Source of the DNA: Amoebophrya sp. A120
Lineage: Eukaryota; Protista; Dinoflagellata
NCBI GenBank assembly: GCA_905178155.1
Contig: CAJINV010000012.1
Coordinates: 864,004 to 928,003, forward strand
Length of the DNA: 64,000 bases
Direction of reading: 5' to 3'
A program made the position numbers and the translations under genes. Numbering within the stretch: the stretch's first letter is position 1; every line of letters begins with the position of its first letter. A model generated the notes under the pieces. It saw only the letters and a list, made by a program, of their open reading frames with translations. It had not been told where the DNA came from and did not search any database. This document shows, in pieces, positions 24,150 through 35,200 of the stretch.

Positions 24150-24205
24150 GGTTTGCGAGATTCTCGCGAGCGGAACGGTGATCGGGCGCACCCGGGCCCG
24201 GCCGA

Positions 24206-24314
24206 TATCCAGGAAAAAACAACCATCCCCATCCATTTTATGCATCACAAACACAAGACTTCATACATGGTTTGCATGACAAATTGGATGGGGATGGGTT
24301 TTTTTCTGTGGATA
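24206..24314. mobile_element. TIR introner, family M
   Basis: CCATCCCCATCCA arms; DR GCCGA. Confidence 0.9.
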
Positions 24315-24459
24315 GCCGAACGAAGCCGACTTCAAAGACTATCCGATCATGGCCGCGGATGAAACCGTGGGCACGATCGGCGTGCTAATTTACGCTGTGA
24401 AGAAGGCCGACACCTCGCGGGCCTCCCAAGCCGTCGGGTCCCGGACGAGCCTCCGCACG

Positions 24460-24782
24460 TATCAGACTGTCAGGATTGAAATCGACAAAGGTGAAATAAC
24501 TTGCAATGCATAGATGCGATACCACTTGGGACTGGGAGCCCAATTGTTCAGCGGTGCATGATAAATTTCGACGTCATTAAAATCCAGTTTGTCATGCTGT
24601 TTAGCGAAAGCAGGCATCCTTTATCATGCTAGTTTAGAAGCAGCCCTATCCCAAACCCGAAGCTACAGGTTCACAATCGGCCTCACTTGCTGCAATCCCT
24701 GCAAGACAGTCACTTCGTGCCGTGCATTTTATGCATCACAGATTGTTTCAACTTTGTCGATTTCAATACTAACACACCCATA
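24460..24782. mobile_element. TIR introner, family H
   Basis: DR GCACG. Confidence 0.9.
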
Positions 24783-24893
24783 GCACGCCGGTCGCGGGTG
24801 GCAGTTCCTCGTCGAAGGGACTGGTGCTGCGCGTGGACAAAGTCGCGGAGATACCAACGGCGGCGTTGAGCAAAAAGCAGGGCGCACTCAGCA

Positions 24894-25149
24894 TATGGAC
24901 GAGTTCTCAAATGTTACATTTCCAACTCTTACACGAATTTGTATTGCAAGAATCGCAAAAGTGAAAGTCAAAGAACGGAGGTCGTTGCACCTGTAGCATT
25001 GCAAATTCCGCATGGATAATTTCGGTGCTGTTTAGCCTTTCCAAAATTTGTCATGCGAAGTAGCTTGATCGTGGCGAAGATGTTGATAGTGATTCTGCAT
25101 GACAAGAAATCGCGTAGCATTTGAGAATGTAACGCTTGAGAACGCCATA
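24894..25149. mobile_element. TIR introner, family E
   Basis: DR CAGCA. Confidence 0.9.
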
Positions 25150-25419
25150 CAGCATCCGGGCGGGATACGGGACCGATCCGCAGACCTTCAAGTTGAGGAC
25201 GCAGGAACAGGTTTTTTTTTATACATATGACAAGTCTACTGCTTCTTTTTTAATTATGTATCGCTATTGGTTGTGTAGAAGATGTGACTGTAAGTGTAAA
25301 CCCTTGTTCAGACGCTGCAAGTATAAAATAAATCACTTTTTTTAACAGAAACCCAAAGTGCCGGACGGGCAGAAGACGGCGCGGGCGATTTTCCAGCAGA
25401 GTGTCCAGCTGGGAGAGGT

Positions 25420-25461
25420 GAGCACGACTTCTACAGGACGAGGAGCATAAGGACGAAATTT
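25420..25461 (+). repeat. 42-bp junction motif, copy 2
   Basis: Identical to copy 1. Confidence 0.9.
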
Positions 25462-25643
25462 CGCTTGGTTATATGGGGAGGTACCTCTTCAATATGGGGA
25501 GGGGGGATTTTTCCTTGCGATATCTTGTTCTTCATCTTCCCCGCCTGCGCTTCCACCTCGCGACCATGCTCATGGAGGTTATGGAAGGGCCAGGTGAGGA
25601 TAAGCAGGACCACGACCAGGAGCACGTCGCTTCTTGTTTTCAA
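25462..25643 (-). pseudogene. 5' fragment of a gene running into a truncated family L introner
   Basis: Hydrophobic ORF segment LLVVVLLILTW followed by a single L-type TIR arm (ending near 25522) cut off at the 42-bp motif. Confidence 0.4.
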
Positions 25644-27689
25644 TAAATAAAATCAACCCTTTGCTCGCCTCTTATGGCCTGCGAGTAACTGTCTGACATA
25701 TACAGCTAAAGAATCCTGAGAGCAAGTCCTTTGCGAAAACTCCTGAGAGCTTAGGCACTACAACAAGACCAAACACCACCCGTTTTAGCGGTGAACGACC
25801 AAGTGTAGGGAGTCGCACAGTATGAGTGAGTCCGAAAACTCACTGCTGCTGCGCTTCAGATAAGCATCACACTACCTCCTCATCCGTGTGAGCAGATCAA
25901 CCTCCAAAGAGCCGCCAGTGCTGAACAACCCGCCTCACGTGCTCAACCTGACGTCAAACCGGATCCAAGAACCACAGCGCTACCAGGGGTCTCGCTGACT
26001 CTCGAACCGCCGGAGCGGAAGGAGAGGTATACCGACGCCACCGGGGGCCACAGGAAAACACGGAGTTATGCCCTGCGCCGCCAGTTGCCACCGCCTAGGC
26101 TTGGAGCCTTGCCTTTTCTTTTCTTTTATATGAGTTTTCTCCTTTCCAGCCCGGCGGGTGCTGGAAGGTGGCGCGTTTTTCTTTCTTTTACTGTTTTGCG
26201 CTCTTGAGTTTTTTTTTTTTTATTCTTTGGTCCCAATCTTGGCACCTCAAAGAATCTTTTAGGAGGTTGCGCGATAAAAGGAAGAAAGTCACTGGGGGTT
26301 TTCATCTTTGCAAAAGATCCGCCGGCCTTGCCAGCCCTAGTCTGCCCATTGGCCAAACGGGAAAAAAAAAAAAAAAGAACAAGCCCCACTCTCCCCCCCC
26401 GATGGACTAGATTCTTGCTTTCCTCAGAGTGGTGAGGACAGAAAGAATACTTTATGGCAACTACGGAAGATCATCAGAAAGAAAAGTAAGAATCTCGCAA
26501 AAGAAAAAGACACCGATGGCATCTCTCAGGCAAGAGCAAGAGCTGGACTGCCTTTAATACCTGGCTTTCACCTAGGCATTACAGACATTCTAGCGGAACA
26601 TCAAGAGCTGGAGAGCTACATCTAGAGCTTCAATACAAAATCAAGAAAACGGCTCCTGGTGTTCATTTTGTTCCATTGCAAAAAATCCCGCTGCAGGTTG
26701 TATCGTTCATTTTCATCTTTAGGTGTGGGTTATAATCAATGCTCTTTTGTAAGTACAACATCATCTGCTGTGTGATCAAATAGATCAAGATCAAGAGTCA
26801 AAAAAACAAGCGGTGCAAGACAAAAGAATTTGCGGAACCGCAAACAGTGTGCAAAATGTCTGGGTTGTTTCTTCCGACATGAGAGTTGAGTTTTCAATAA
26901 ATAAAATCAAGTATAGTTTCTTTGCCACTCACACCTTTTCAACTTGTGATGGGGGTGTTGACCACTCGCACTCTTGCAGAGGACGGGGTCTACTACCTTT
27001 ATTTTTTGTATATGCATACGACTCCAGTCCACATTTCGAAAATGCAAGAAGAGAAACATCTCCAACGACCCACAGATGACCCTTCCATACAGGTTCAGGC
27101 CGCGCCGAGGGTGCTGCAGCTGGTAGGCTTCGGCGAGACTGTTTTGGTTGTGAAACAAGTCCGCCAACACCGCAGCATGCGGCAACGTCTTCCACGTCAA
27201 AAGCTGCTGACGGCGCGACATCATCTTCACCATAGCTTAATATTACTTTGCTCCGGTTCTTGCGGTTTCTTTCTTGATGCGTTCCTGCCAAGACTGAAAG
27301 CCGCTTGATATTCTTTTTCGGACTCGAGTACAAAAGCAACTACACTGGGTGCCGTAGTTCTTTGGTGGATTATACAGACAAGATGTTGAAGGACGTGAAG
27401 ATGCGGTAGTTTATTTCCGTAGTACAAGTTCGCTATTCTTGCGTTTTTCTAAAAGCTTCTAACTCTGTAGTTGCTTTGATGTGGGTTTAGGTTTAGCTTA
27501 AGCTTTAGTGCATGCGTATAATAACTGTCTTCTAAACTGGTGGAGTGGAGGTCAAGTGGTGGGGACGATGGGTTTTGTACATCGTCTGACTCTGACTACA
27601 ATGGGACTGGTCTGATTCATATCTTTATCTTCAATGAAGATCATATAGTGGGGTAGTAACTACTTGCTCCACCGGCACTGTCTGCTGCA

Positions 27690-27759
27690 AGCAAATCTGT
27701 CATGCAAGACCAAAGGCACAGGCATTTATACGAGTACGATACTTGTTTTGCAATCCATA
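27690..27759. mobile_element. Family F introner remnant (right arm only)
   Basis: TACGAGTACGATACTTGTTTTGCAATCCATA|GGTCT. Confidence 0.7.
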
Positions 27760-28340
27760 GGTCTGTTGTGGTCGCTATGTAGGGGGAGGAGGATGAAGCA
27801 GAACCGCCGCCAAGGTTCAACCCCATGCCCATGCCGCCATGCGGCTGCTGGGAGGTTGTGCTAGAGTTGTTGCTCATGCTGTAGGTGTTTCCCGGCCGGT
27901 TATTTTTAAAACGAGAGGATGAGGAGGAAGCTCCTGCACCGGTACTGCTGTTCGTCGTGGACTGCGAACTTACCGTTCTGGCCAAGAGCCCGGTGGAGAT
28001 TACGTCAAAATCATCGACATCGTCGTCGAAGGTGAAGGAGGTGTCAAATGGATTATGATTTCCTGGTGGACTCGCCGTGGCCGCCGAGTTTCGGAGTTTG
28101 GATTTCGAATTGTGACGTCTAGCTGCATTTCTTTGTTGGTGTTGTGAAGAAGTTGAAGTAGAAGAAGACACTCCGGGAGGGGAAAAGTCGTCCATTCACC
28201 GACTTTTGAAGTGCAGTATTCAGCTCGTGGTCACTAGTCACAGCCACACCGGAGCAGCTAGAGAATCTGCTCGGTTGGTGAAAGTGGAGTTTCTTGGCGG
28301 ACTACTTTGATGTGATTGGTGACCGCCCATTGGCGCATTC
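27760..28340 (-). pseudogene. Duplicated 5' fragment (upstream region plus exon 1) of the MFS gene
   Basis: ORF MDDFSPPGVSSSTSTSS...YIATTTD is near-identical to 45878-46322; similarity continues upstream (about 28196-28340 vs 46323-46470). Confidence 0.85.
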
Positions 28341-28371
28341 GCGCATCAGCAGGGCGAAACTCTAATAACGA

Positions 28372-28413
28372 GACCACAACTTCTACAGGACGAGGACCAT
28401 AAGGACGAAATTT
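28372..28413 (+). repeat. 42-bp junction motif, copy 3
   Basis: 39/42 identical to copy 1. Confidence 0.85.
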
Positions 28414-29221
28414 TTATTTTAAATTTAATTTTACTTGTTGCTTATGCTTGTTTAGTTGTACAACAAAAAGCACAAACAAGAGCGCGCTACTCACGCAGCG
28501 GAAGTAAACGGGAGACGAGTAAAAGCTCGTGCTTATAATTTTCTTAGAGTCAGCGAGGCTACTAGGGAATTTTTACCACGTTAGTGTTACAATCAAAATG
28601 GGGTATTTTTTTTGGAAAGCTAAGTAATCTTCGTACTTCTGCAGTTCCGGGTGGTGCCCGAGAGCATGCTGCATCCTGTTACACCTGGTAGGTGCGGGGG
28701 GGAGTTGGCGTTGGGGGGGTAACAAAACTAGAAATACAAAAAATGAAGGAAGAAAAATACGCTATAAGCCACCTCGACAGGCAAAAAAGCATACGTTGAG
28801 AGCAGGACACGGTGGGGTTCTCATGCTGGGGTTAAAATGGTTTGAAGTGAAAAAAATGGTTCTGTAAAGAGATAGAGTTTTTATTTTTGTACTTTGTAAC
28901 GATGAAAGCAATAATATTTTTACGAAACGGAAAAGCCTCAAACGTGGTTTAGCTTTAGCATTCATGGAAAGAAGCACCGTGCTGAAAGGTGAAGATCATC
29001 CTTACAGAGAGACTGTTGCCGAAGCATCATGCTGATACTGTGATGTGAAATGAAACTTACATGTGAATGAGCATCCTACTCCTCGACTACAGAAATGAAA
29101 AAGAAAAAGTCCTGCTGGGCGGTCTACTGGGAACTTCAACTTTTTTTCATGTCGTAGTTGTCCTACATTTTTTACAATAGATCTGATAAAAAAATTTCAA
29201 TTTTCAATCTTGCATGCCCTC

Positions 29222-32200
29222 CTAACAACACCCGGGCGGCGCCGTTGTCGCCGGCGCCTCAGTCGCAACAGCGCCGTCGTCTTTCGGAGTTAGCGACTCT
29301 TGCGCCTTTGGCTCCGCAGTGGTAATCAGCTCGCCGATGCTTGTCTCCGTGGCCTTGGTGAAGCTGTTTTTGAAAAACACGGTTTTGTGCGCCTTGCCAA
29401 CCCACAGCATCAAACCCGGGTACTTGTCGGTAGCAAACAGCAACTCGAGCAGCTCCGGGGCGTGTATGGAGTTCTCAAATGTTATATTCGCAGCTCCTGT
29501 TACATGAATTTGTAATGCAAAAGCACTATGATCATCCTCACGATCAAGCTACTCCGCATGACAAATTTGCGGAGGGCTAAATAGCACTCTAATCCGTCCC
29601 AAATCTGTAATGCAAAAGGCGCAATCTTCCTCCTTTCACTTTTGCCCTTCTTGCATCACAAATTCATGTAACAGTTGAGAATGTAACGTTTGAGAGCGCC
29701 ATAGCGTGCAGCTGAAAGTTGTCTTCGCCGTTTTCCGCGAGCAGGCCCTTCGGGTTGGTGAAAGTCAGGAAAAACAACTTGTCGCTGAGCACGGTCTTGG
29801 GCGAGCTGGGGTACTGGTTCTCGAAGCACACCACCCTATGCAATACAAATTTCCCGCACATGTACAAAATGCATGACAAATTTGTCTAACTTTGAGTGTC
29901 AAGAAACTTGTCATGCTGACTAAGATTGAAGGTCAGTTTTGTCATGCAGAGACAGCATTTGTACGTGTACGGGAAATTTACTGTGGATACACCGCCCAGG
30001 GAAACACCGAGTCCTTGAACAGCGCCGGCATGTTCTTCCCAAACCCCCCGGGCGCGGACACCAGCATAAACGGCTTATGGAAGCGTCAGGATCGAAATCG
30101 ACAAAGTTCAAATGAGTTGTCATGCATAAAATGCGTACGAGTTGTAACCCAGTTTCGAAGTGGCGCATGAGAAATTTGGGTAGAGCCGAAATCCAGTTTG
30201 TCATGCTGTTTGCGTAAGGAAGACGCCTTTTGTCATGCTACTTTAGCAGCTCAGTTTCTAGCACCCCTCAACAGGCTTAATACAATCTGCCTCACTTGCC
30301 TACTCTGCAAGACAGGCACTTTGTGGGTTGCATTTTATGCATGACAAAGCATTTCAACTTTTTCGATTTCGATTCTGACACACTCATACGGCTGGTCCGC
30401 TGGGTACTCGTCCGGGTTGCTGTTGTCGTTTTTACCGGTCATCCACCGCGCGCAGTTGGTCAAGTCGTTCTTCTTCAAATTTTCGTCGGTCAGCGTGTCA
30501 ATAGCCAGCAGGTCCCGCACCTCGTTGTTGTACAGAACCCCGCCCTTTTCGAAGCAGTAGGGCTCCTTTTTATCGGAAACCGGGTGGCTTTCCGCTTCCA
30601 CGTCCTGGATCAGCGCCCGGGCTTCGATGCTCAGGGTCGCTTTCGTTTCGGAGAAGTAGTAGGGCCAGCGGCTGGGCACGATCAAATCTTCGGGCGTGCA
30701 GTCGGGCGAGGGCGGGTGCTTCACTTGGTCCACCATCGACAGGCCTGCGCCGCACCACTGCAGCCCGCCCGGCGCCTCGCGCGAGGCGAAAGCCTCTTCC
30801 CACCCTTCCTTGGAAGGTTTTTCCACGTTCAGGTAGACGGCCGGATTGCCAAAGCGGTCCCGGTCCGGCCCCGCCGGGCAGTCCACCCAGTCCGCGCTCT
30901 GCGCGGTGCCCGGCGAGAGAGCGTTATGCCTTGCAAATATGTCTGGGTCTGGAAGATTTTTGCCAGGTTTGTCATGCATATTTTGCATGGCCCCTGATGC
31001 CTGTGATGCATGGCCTAGCATGATCACAGATTTTCAGAGGCCTTCCCGATGCCTATTCCGCATGAGAAATGCACAACTCTCCTCGTAGCACAAACTGGAT
31101 TCCCATTGCTGGTCACGCAATACAAATTTTTTCTAGAATCCACAGACAGCATCACAAGTTTGCATCCTTCCAGACCCAGATCGATATTTGCATTTGATAC
31201 GCGTTTTTCACGTACAAAGTGGTCGCACCCTTGCCCACCCACAGCACCATGGGGGCGTAGGAAGGCGGAAATCCCGCGTCGGCGGGAGGAGGAGGGTCAG
31301 TTTGTTCTTCCCCTGCTTCTTGTCCGTCAGTTGTTGAAGATCCTGCCACCACTGCTTGTTCCTCTTCCTCATTAGAAGTAGAAGTACTACTACTACTCCA
31401 CGTGAGCAGCCGGTACAACTTCTCTGCCTCCTCGCCGTCGTCTTCCGCAGCCCGAAAGTTGTAGTTGTTCGTCGTGGAAACGAACGTGGTTTTCGGGTAC
31501 TCCGAGGTGAAAAACATTTTGGATTTCTTCCAAATTTCCGTAAACACCTCCACTGGGGTGATCACCCAGTGCGGCTTAAACGGGCTCTTGTTTTCGAAGC
31601 AAACCACTGCCCACGGCGTTTCGTACTTCCGGATCTTGTCAAACTCGGAGGGGACAACCCCGCCCCCGTCCTCCTCTTCCTCGGGGAGGTCGTTCTCAAG
31701 GTCAACATTCTCGTCGCCCGCGGTAGAATTTGATGTTCCGTGGCCGGCATGTTGAAACCCCCCCGCCTTGGCCATGTTCTTGCCGCAATCCGCCCAGGAT
31801 GCCTGCGGAATGTCTTCGTTCTCGTACTTGCCGCAGTGCTATGAGAGTGCACAGCTCCCCCTTTATTCCCTCATTTGAAAGGCATAAGCAGCAACACAAG
31901 TGCTGGCATACATGCAGCTTTTGCATGACAAATTCACGACCGATTCTAGTGCTGTTTCGACTTCCGAAATCTGTCATGCAACTAGTGCCAAAGAGAAAAG
32001 CGCGGATTTGGTGTTTTGCATGACAAATGAGGGGCCGCAGGGGGAGTTGTTGTGCATTGTCATAGGTGCTCCATGAAATGTCCGCAATTTTCGAAGCGGT
32101 TTGCCTTCAGGTTGGCGTCCGTGAGGTCCTCCAGATGAAGCAGCCCGGTTTTCACCTATGAATGTGCACAACTCCCCCTCCCCCTCATTTGTATTGCATG

Positions 32201-35200
32201 AACAGCAATACAAACACCACCGCACATGGAGCCTTTGCATGACAAATTCATGCGCCTAGTGTGGTACTGTTTGGGCTTCCGGAATCTGTCATGCAAACAG
32301 TACCACGCAGCAGCGCTTGGATTTGGTATTTTGCATGACAAATGAGGGAGACGAGGGGGGGCTGTGCAGTTTCATATCACTTCGCCGTCATACAAAATCC
32401 CCCCCTGCTCGAAGCAGTACGTCTTGCCGGGGCCGGTTTTCTTTTCCAGGGTCTGCAGCTTTCCGCTAGCGTCCGGGTAATGGATTTCATCGTACAAATA
32501 ATCCGGCCAGTAGCTGTGCTGCGCCGACGGGTTGAAGGTAGCCACGTCCTCTTCGGTGCAGAAGGTCAGCTATCCCGTGCAAAAGTATCGTAGTAATTGC
32601 ATTCATGCATTACAAATTTTTTTCTTAGGGTAAATTCGCATGACAAATTTCATTTCTCATGCTGGGGAAATTTGTAATGCATTTACACGAGTGCGATACT
32701 TTTGCAATGCATATCAGCCCTTTTCTGGCAACCCCGCTGGTCAAGAGATTTAGAAACGCGGTTTTGTCGATGACTTTCGTCGGTTTTTCCTGGTTGAGAA
32801 ACACCTGCTCGTTCCGGTTTACAGTGGTAGTAGACGTCGTCGTGGTGCTCGTCGTGCTACTCACACACACGACGCTGTCCGGCTCGAGGACATACCCGGG
32901 ATTGCACTTGTCGGCCTCGCACCCCGGCTCCCCGTTCTTGGGGCAGGGCCACCCGATTAGGTCGGCGCCAAACGCACAGTCGCAGTGGTTCAGTTGGCAA
33001 ACCTTGTTCGTGTTTCCCGGGTCATTGGGCTCTGTGATCTCGTGCATCAAAGGGAAAAATCCCCCCTCCCCATATCAAAACGAAATTTCTGATGCTGGAA
33101 CTGCGTACACAAATGAGATCTGTCTTGCTGTAAGGAATTGTGGCCAGATTCTCAGGCTGTTTAGGAGCGCACGAGTCTAGCTGTATAGCATAGGAAACGC
33201 CTGCCCTGTAGGCCAACCAGCATGACAAATCGCACCCATAATGCGGCTCATCCCTCAGCGCTTGCCTTCTTGCAAGACAAAAATGATTTGTGACCACAAA
33301 TCTGCATCACAAATTTTCCCAAGGATGCCTTTTCAATAATGGGGAGGGGGGATTTTTCCTTGCGATATCGTGCGAGCCCTGGTCACACTGGCCCGGCTCG
33401 CACCCGGGGGTGGACAAATTTTCCGGGCAAAACTCCGCGCTCTGCAGCGGCACGCCGTTGAAGCACTTGCAGTAGTTGGCCACGCACTCCTTCGAGGCCA
33501 CCTCCTTGTGCGTGCCGGGCTCTTCGCAGGTGTTCTCGACGCAAATGGCATTTCCATCGGGCACCCCTTCAATCTTGTAGCCCTTGTGGCAGAACTTACT
33601 TTCAGGCCAGCACCCAGGCGTGACCCCGTGCTCCGGGCACAGGGCACTGTGCTCTAATGGTAATCCGAACTCGCAGTAGCACTGGTTGAGCGCGCACAGC
33701 AGCACTTCTGGCGTTTCGCCGTTGTCATCAACCACCGTCGAGTTCTTCGTTGCCGCTTCGTCCACCAGGCTGCGAAATCCCGACCAGCAACCGCCGTTCT
33801 TGCAGCCAGGCGTGACGCCGTCCTCGGGGCAGCGGGTCGCCGACTGCAGGGGCTCGCCGTAGCTGCAGCGGCAGTGGTTTTCCACACACTCTGACTGCCT
33901 GGTCTCCTCGTTCACTTGGGACTTCCAGCCGGGGCCGTAGCCTTCGCTCGCCAGATTCACACAATCAAGCGGCGGGGGCGGTGTCGTGGTGTGGATCAGC
34001 GTGTAGGCCGCGGCGATGCGGGCGACGTCGGCGCTGGGCGGCGCCGGGATCGCGGCGTCGTCCTCGTGTACCAGCATGGACCGCAGCAGCTGTTTCATGA
34101 AGGTCCAGGTGTGGCGGCAATTTTTCTCAGGATCGTTTACGACGTAGCCATCCAGCAGTGTCTCACAGTCGTAGAACTTGTAGTAGTAATCGTCGTTTTC
34201 CACCACGTCGAAAGCCAAATCTGTTTCCGCTTTCTCCCGCAGGTTCTGCAAATCCAGCCGCCACTCCAGCCAAAACCGCCAGGAGTTCGCGCGCTGGTAC
34301 CGGTGAAACCCCTGCGCGTTAGCGCGCTGCCGAGCTTCGATCTTGGTGCTGTAGAAGCGGGCCGCAGAGCCGAATTCGCAGAAATGTTCTTCAAAAAACC
34401 ACTCTTTGGACGCGTATTTCAGCCGACAACCGTCGGCACTCTGAACCTCCGCGGAAGCCTCGTACGCTTCGCGGACGGCTGCGTTCTGATTCCCGTGTGA
34501 CAAGGAGAGGCACCGGCTATCAACTGCAAATATGTCTGAGTCTGGAAGATTTCTAGATATGTCATGCATATTTTCCATGACCCATGATGACTGTGATGCT
34601 GGCCGTAGCATCACAGATTTTTAGAGCGCTTTGTCTTTGTGATACTGATACCTCTACCGCATGAGAAATGCCGTCTCCGCGTAGCACAAACTGGAGTCTT
34701 CTTGCTGGTCATGCAATGGAAATTTTAATTTTTTAGAATCGAGAGACAGCATTACAAGTTTAGAATGTTCCAGACCCAGACATATATTGCATTTGATACC
34801 GGTCCCCGCGGTCCAAGGTGAGATGCACCTGGAACCGGCGGAAAACGTGCTCGTGCAGGTAGTTGGTAACCACATAGTCACCACTTCTGTCGGTGTCTTT
34901 CAGGTAGTTATCAATCGAATCGGTGTCCGCATCACTGATCTTGGCCTCGACCTTTTGCATGAAGGGCGGGAACGCGGGGAGGGCTTGGCCAGCTTGGTCC
35001 CCGTCAGTGTCCTTTACCACGGGGCGCAGGACCTCTTCGAGGGTCTCGATGTGAATGGGGGTGACAGGGACGACGCGATCGGGCAGCGCGAGGCTGTATC
35101 AAATGTAAAAATGTCTGGGTCTGGAAGAATGCAACTTGTGATGCTGCGTTTCGATGTCTAAAAAATCTGTGTTGCATGAGCAGCAAAAGGAATCTAATTT

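Larger units (their letters stand above)
24150..25417 (+). pseudogene. Internal fragment of a C2-domain-like gene (no start or stop) with 3 introners and 1 GT-AG intron
   Basis: Removing 24206-24314, 24460-24782, 24894-25149 (each plus 5 nt) and intron 25211-25348 gives an open frame VCEILASG...GLVLRVDKVAEIP...LSIRAGY...KLRTQEQKPK...AIFQQSVQLGE. Bounded by the 42-bp motif on both sides. The C2 call is by eye. Confidence 0.6.

Noticed and set aside
25700-26410. LTR or Helitron end near the poly-T/poly-A tracts and CTAG at 26407-26410
   Set aside because: No second LTR, no hairpin at the expected distance, and CTAG is followed by A; left unassigned.
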